From: the human T2T-CHM13v2.0 reference genome, Homo sapiens
Assembly (NCBI RefSeq): GCF_009914755.1
Contig: NC_060934.1
DNA: 64,000 nt
Direction: 5' to 3' (one strand)
In this document: piece by piece, positions 59,006 through 64,000 of the stretch
How positions within the stretch are numbered: position 1 is the stretch's first letter
Layout of the letters: the number at the start of each line of letters is the position of its first letter
Position numbers and translations under genes: made by a program
Notes under the pieces: model-generated
What the model was told of the DNA's origin: nothing
The model's database searches: none
Seen by the model: the letters and a program-made list of their open reading frames with translations, nothing else

Positions 59006-61609
59006 TATTCACTAGCGGAACATTTCAGGTGACACCCGTGCCTGCCTTCTCTCTCTGTCAGCCCTCACTGGCCTGTGGTCAGGGAAGTCAGGGGTGTGAG
59101 GTGTGCCAGTGCCCTTCTCCCCACCCCTCCTCCTAGACCTTGAGCTGCTCATATCATTCTTCAGTGGCCAGGACCTCCATGTCAGCCACTCTAAGAGGAT
59201 GCTCAGAACTTCCTCCTCCACCTTTCTCTCCCGTCAGGGCCCTGCTCGATGTCAGGGTTTATCTGGGAATGTTTCCTGAGCAGTCAAATCAGTGTCTTCC
59301 TCCTTGGGGTCAGGAGGCCTGAAGGGAGGAGACATCAGACCCTGAAACAAGGCAGCAGGGAGAGGAGTGCAAGGCAAATAGAGCCTCCTGGTGGGTCCTC
59401 CTGCAATCACACCCCTCTTGGAGCCACCTGACCTTGCCAATCCCTCTACCCCCACATGGCTTCCACAATGTCCAACCAGATGCTTAGTCTTTAGGGTGGC
59501 TGGGCGCCCCCCTCCAGGCACACCCTGATGGGCTTCTGTGAATTTATATTTACTGCACCAGGGGCCGTCTGAGCCCCAGCTGTGCATGGGTGCGGCCAGG
59601 ACCCCATCAGAGTTCCGCTTCCCCTGCCAGGGCATGGACTGCCAGGCTGGGCAGGGTGTGGAGGGGACAGGATTAATCTCACAGTCACCTCCAGGGAGCC
59701 TGATGCAAACACTTCCATATTCCTTTGAGTCAGGGTTGAGAAACACACATTGCTTGTGAGGAGAAGCCAATTAATGGTAAGGAATAAATAAGATCGCCCT
59801 GCAAAGCATTCAGCACAGTGTGGACTTATCATCCACTCTGGAATCCGGATCACTGACATTTCCAGTAGCAATTTTTTATTTTTCTGCTGTTCTTTTCAAG
59901 ATGATTTCCAAGTGTAGACATCACCAGTCTCAGAAGAAGCTGAAGGCAGACCTCTGAAATGTAGTTGAAGATTTAACTTCTTACAGAAAATGAGCCCTTG
60001 TGGAGAATCAAAAGCCATGGGTTTTGGAGGCAAAGGACCCTCTAAGCTATCATGTCATGCAGGGAGGGTGAGCTGGTTGCACCATGCAGACCAACTTTAA
60101 CCCACTGCTGGTGATTAGCAGAGCACTGTGTTGAAAGCAATGCTGAAGCCAGGCTGGGATTAGCGGGAAAGTGGTAGGAATGGCTGGGAGAGGCACGCAA
60201 GCTTGAATTTTTTCTTCGGTTTACCAACTTGGCTTTACGTTAGAATCGCCTGGAGAGCTTTACATCCAAATCCATATCTGGACCTCACACTGAACCAGTT
60301 CAGTTAGACTCCCTTGGTGTGGGGCTGGGCATGGATGGCTTTAAGGCGCCTCAGATGATTCTAATTGCCAGTGTGCTGATAGCCATGTCTCTATTGCATC
60401 CCAACCCATTTTACTGCTGGAGGAACTGAGGACTGGGGTCAGGGAGTGTTTGAATAATTGCCCAGAGCTATGCATCTAGTCAGCAGTGGAACTGGACTTC
60501 CAACCTCATTGGGCTCTCCACCTGCCCCTCAGGCTCTCAGAGGCCTCTGGGGAGTCTTTGCAGACCCAGGTCTCCCCTTCTCTCTTGTGTAGATCTGTGG
60601 CTGTGGCATTAAAGCCCATGGCATGCAGAGAGTGCTCCCAAACCCCTTCCCCAGGATCCTCTACCCACTCCCAAGGCAGATCTCCCGAGGCTTGCTGAGC
60701 GAGTCATACTCCTGGACTCCCATCAGCCCACTGCACTGCAGCTGCAATCGTGGACTGCAGCCCTGGGGCAGGCAGAAGCCTGGGGGAACATCCAGGGGTA
60801 GGTCCTGGAAAGTTCTGGAGCTCCATATGGAGGAAGTCACTTCCTTGGCTGCACATACAGGCTCTCTTGAGAACAGCAGCCCGAGCTGCATCCCTCCAAC
60901 CTGCCAGGTGCTCAGTGGTGGTGGCCCAGGGGCATTGAGCTCAGCTGCAGCCCCAGCACTAAAGAGGCAACACAGAAGATGTGGCAGGTGTGAACCCTGT
61001 TCCGAGTCAGATCCCTGAGATGGGAGACTCCTGGCCTAGATGGGATTAATGGGGACCAGGAGGCAGCCCTTGGGTGGAGCTTGTTTGAGCTAAGAAATGT
61101 ATTACCGCAACAGGTTCAGCTGGATCTGACATTGCTGTGCCTTCCACAGCACTCCACAGTTTGCTCAGGTGTTTTTCTCCTGGGCCCTACAGCACCCCCA
61201 AGAGATGGACTGGGTGAGCTATGTGAGCTCCACTCTGCAAATGGGGGCACCAAGGCTCAGAGAGGAAAGAGACTGCACAGGTCATTTAGCTAGGAAGACT
61301 CAGGGAACCAGGCAGCCTGAGCCCATCTGCAGATGCCACTGGGCAGCTCCAGGGCCCCCTGGGCAGAAGGATGTCTCCCTTGCATGCAGCACCTCCTCAT
61401 TGTTCTCAGCCTCCTCACTGTCCATAGAAATAAAAATCAAAACCCACCAAGGCAGTGACAGGCTGATCCCGGGGAATTCAGAAAGGAAAAGTAAGGACAA
61501 GCTCTATCTCCTTAATTAATTCAGGAATGTCCCTTCATTTTTAATCCTGTAAGTCCTCACTCTGTACCTGAAGCTGTACCAAAGCTGTCCAGACACCCTC
61601 TGCACCTAG

Positions 61610-61960
<351 letters not shown>

Positions 61961-63801
61961 GCTAACATTCCCATTTTAAAGATGAGGAAACTGAGGCTCA
62001 GTCAGGTTCCAGCCTTCCCCAATTCCATCAAGTGACTCAGCCTCAGTTCTAGTGTTCTGCCTGAAACCGGCGGCCGTGCCCAGCCCCTCACAATGACCGC
62101 TCTGCTTCTTCTCTCAGCAGAAGCAAAGGTTCCTACTTTCCTCCCAGAGGGATGTGGGGAGACACGTTGAGGCACAACCCACTCAGAAACGGAATGCTGC
62201 AGTTTCCGAGATGACTGAAACCAAGTTGTTCATGTGTCACTTACACCCTTCATTGAGCTGTCAGCGCAGAAACTAATATTCCCCACAACTCCCCAGTGAC
62301 TATCTAGGCAGCCAGCCTTGCCGCTTCCACCCGCCTTGTACCTTATAAATGGAGACGTGTCAAGAGTGTAGGTTGACGTCAGATGGCAGCTGGGAATGCT
62401 GGGAGCTGGGAGGCCAGGATATTGAGGAAGAGAGGAGGATTCTGCTGTAATATCTGCCACCCCTTTGAGTTGATGGAGAAGATCCCACTGGCTGGGCGGG
62501 GGATTCCCTTCTCTTCACATTTGCCTGTTAACTTTCTCAGATAGGAAAGCATAATTCTTGGGTCAAGTGTTTAAAAGAAACATTCCAGTGTTCCTGTAGG
62601 TTCTCAAGCTTTCTATTGGAGAGCATGAAGTCTTTATAACCATACCTGTCACTTAGTGAACACCTGCCAAGCACCTGGGGCTATCAGTGCATACCTTATT
62701 GCATCTGGGATAGCTTTAACAAGGTAAGTGCTAGAATCCTGGTCTCACAGAAGTTCAGAGAGGTGAGATGAGTTGCTCAAAGACATATGGGTAGGGAGTG
62801 ACTGAGCCAAGAGTTAAAGGTCAGCGTCAGGCCAGTTGGCTATAACTCAGCCTTTAGGCCATGCCACAACACCAAAGACTGGGGCAGGCGCTGGAAACAC
62901 AGAGAAGCCACATGTGTATGTTTTCGGCCTGATTTCCAGTAGGGCCACGCATAAGTACCATGACATGAACTCAGATGGCCTCCAAGCTCCTGTGAGTGAA
63001 GCAGGCATTTGAGTTTCTCTAGCAAAATTGGTGGGTTCCCCTGCAGTCATCCCCAGTCTCCCATGTCACTGACAGTAGTTTATGTAGCTGGAGTTCCCAA
63101 GAGACCATCAGCACTGGTAGCCAGAGCCACTGGCAGATGCAGTTGGCATCTCAGAAAGACAGGACATCCAACTCTACCAGCCAAAGAGCCGCCTGCACTT
63201 GTGTACTGGGGCACACGAGGCCACAGTGGGAAACATATTTGCAAAGCTGCACCTTCACTCTTAATAGAAGTCTGACACCTCCAAGTCACAGTCACACAGG
63301 CTCTGTGTCCTCAAAGCCCTAGGTCACAGAGGACTCTTCCCAGAGTCTTTGAGCAGCAGGGCCTGCACATCCACAACAGGTTCTCATCCAAAAGCTCAAA
63401 TGACATATTTTCTGAATTAAAATCCACATGTCTGGAAGCATTTGTAAGGCTATGCTCTCCACAGCGATCTACGCTTACAAATAATTGTGGTTGTCATAAA
63501 TCATTGGAATCAGCCTTTGAGGCACTTGAAAATCTGACAGCACCATTATTGTGGCTTTTCAAAGTCAGGAAAATGTGTAGATGGGAGAGGGGTCTCATAT
63601 GCAGGGGATTCCCAAAGATTGATATTCTATTAATAAAATGACTTCTCCATTCTGTCTCATAAAAATTTAAAGCATCAGCTCATTACTTCAAATATGCAGG
63701 TCTTCAAATACACAAGCTGAGTTCTCCAGAAGTCTTGGGAAGACCCTGGGCTGGCTGTCCAAGGAATGTTCTGTGGCCCAAGTTGCATTTAGTACACAAC
63801 G

Positions 63802-63910
63802 TATGTGTGTGTGTATGTATACATGTGTATGTATGTATGTGTGTGCATGTGTTTACGTGTGTGTGTGTGTGAGTGAGAGAGGGAAAGAGGAAGAGAGAAG
63901 AGAGGAGAGA
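63802..63910 (+). repeat. Degenerate (TG/TATG)n followed by GA-rich tract
   Basis: Direct read. Confidence 0.85.
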
Positions 63911-64000
63911 TGATGGTGGTATAGAAGGTGTAAATAAAGGGTGCTAATTTGTCACTTTAAACTCAGGATTTGAAAGTACAGGTGCTTGATCACACTGAGG

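Overview
Primate (very probably human) genomic DNA containing the 5' part of GPR26, an orphan class A GPCR gene. The CpG-island promoter, coding exon 1 (47200-47867) and exon 2 (55613-55726) are on the + strand; the rest of the gene lies beyond the window. The ~46 kb upstream is intergenic and dominated by Alu, L1, MIR/L2, MaLR/ERVL LTR and MER DNA-transposon relics plus microsatellites. Nearly all ORFs in the supplied track are spurious. The least explained structures are: (i) two separate diverged inverted duplications of apparently non-transposon sequence (~1368-1601/2524-2757 and ~19700-19968/21497-21747), the first with a perfect TCF/LEF-type hairpin on its symmetry axis; (ii) two strong-Kozak uORFs and an in-frame GTG extension in front of the GPR26 start; (iii) a probable 3'UTR-only retrocopy buried in an old L1; (iv) a stacked Alu/MLT2A2 insertion hotspot; (v) a 5'-inverted L1PA with a large internal deletion. 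Repeat family names are from recognition of consensus features, not a database search, and identities are hand counts.
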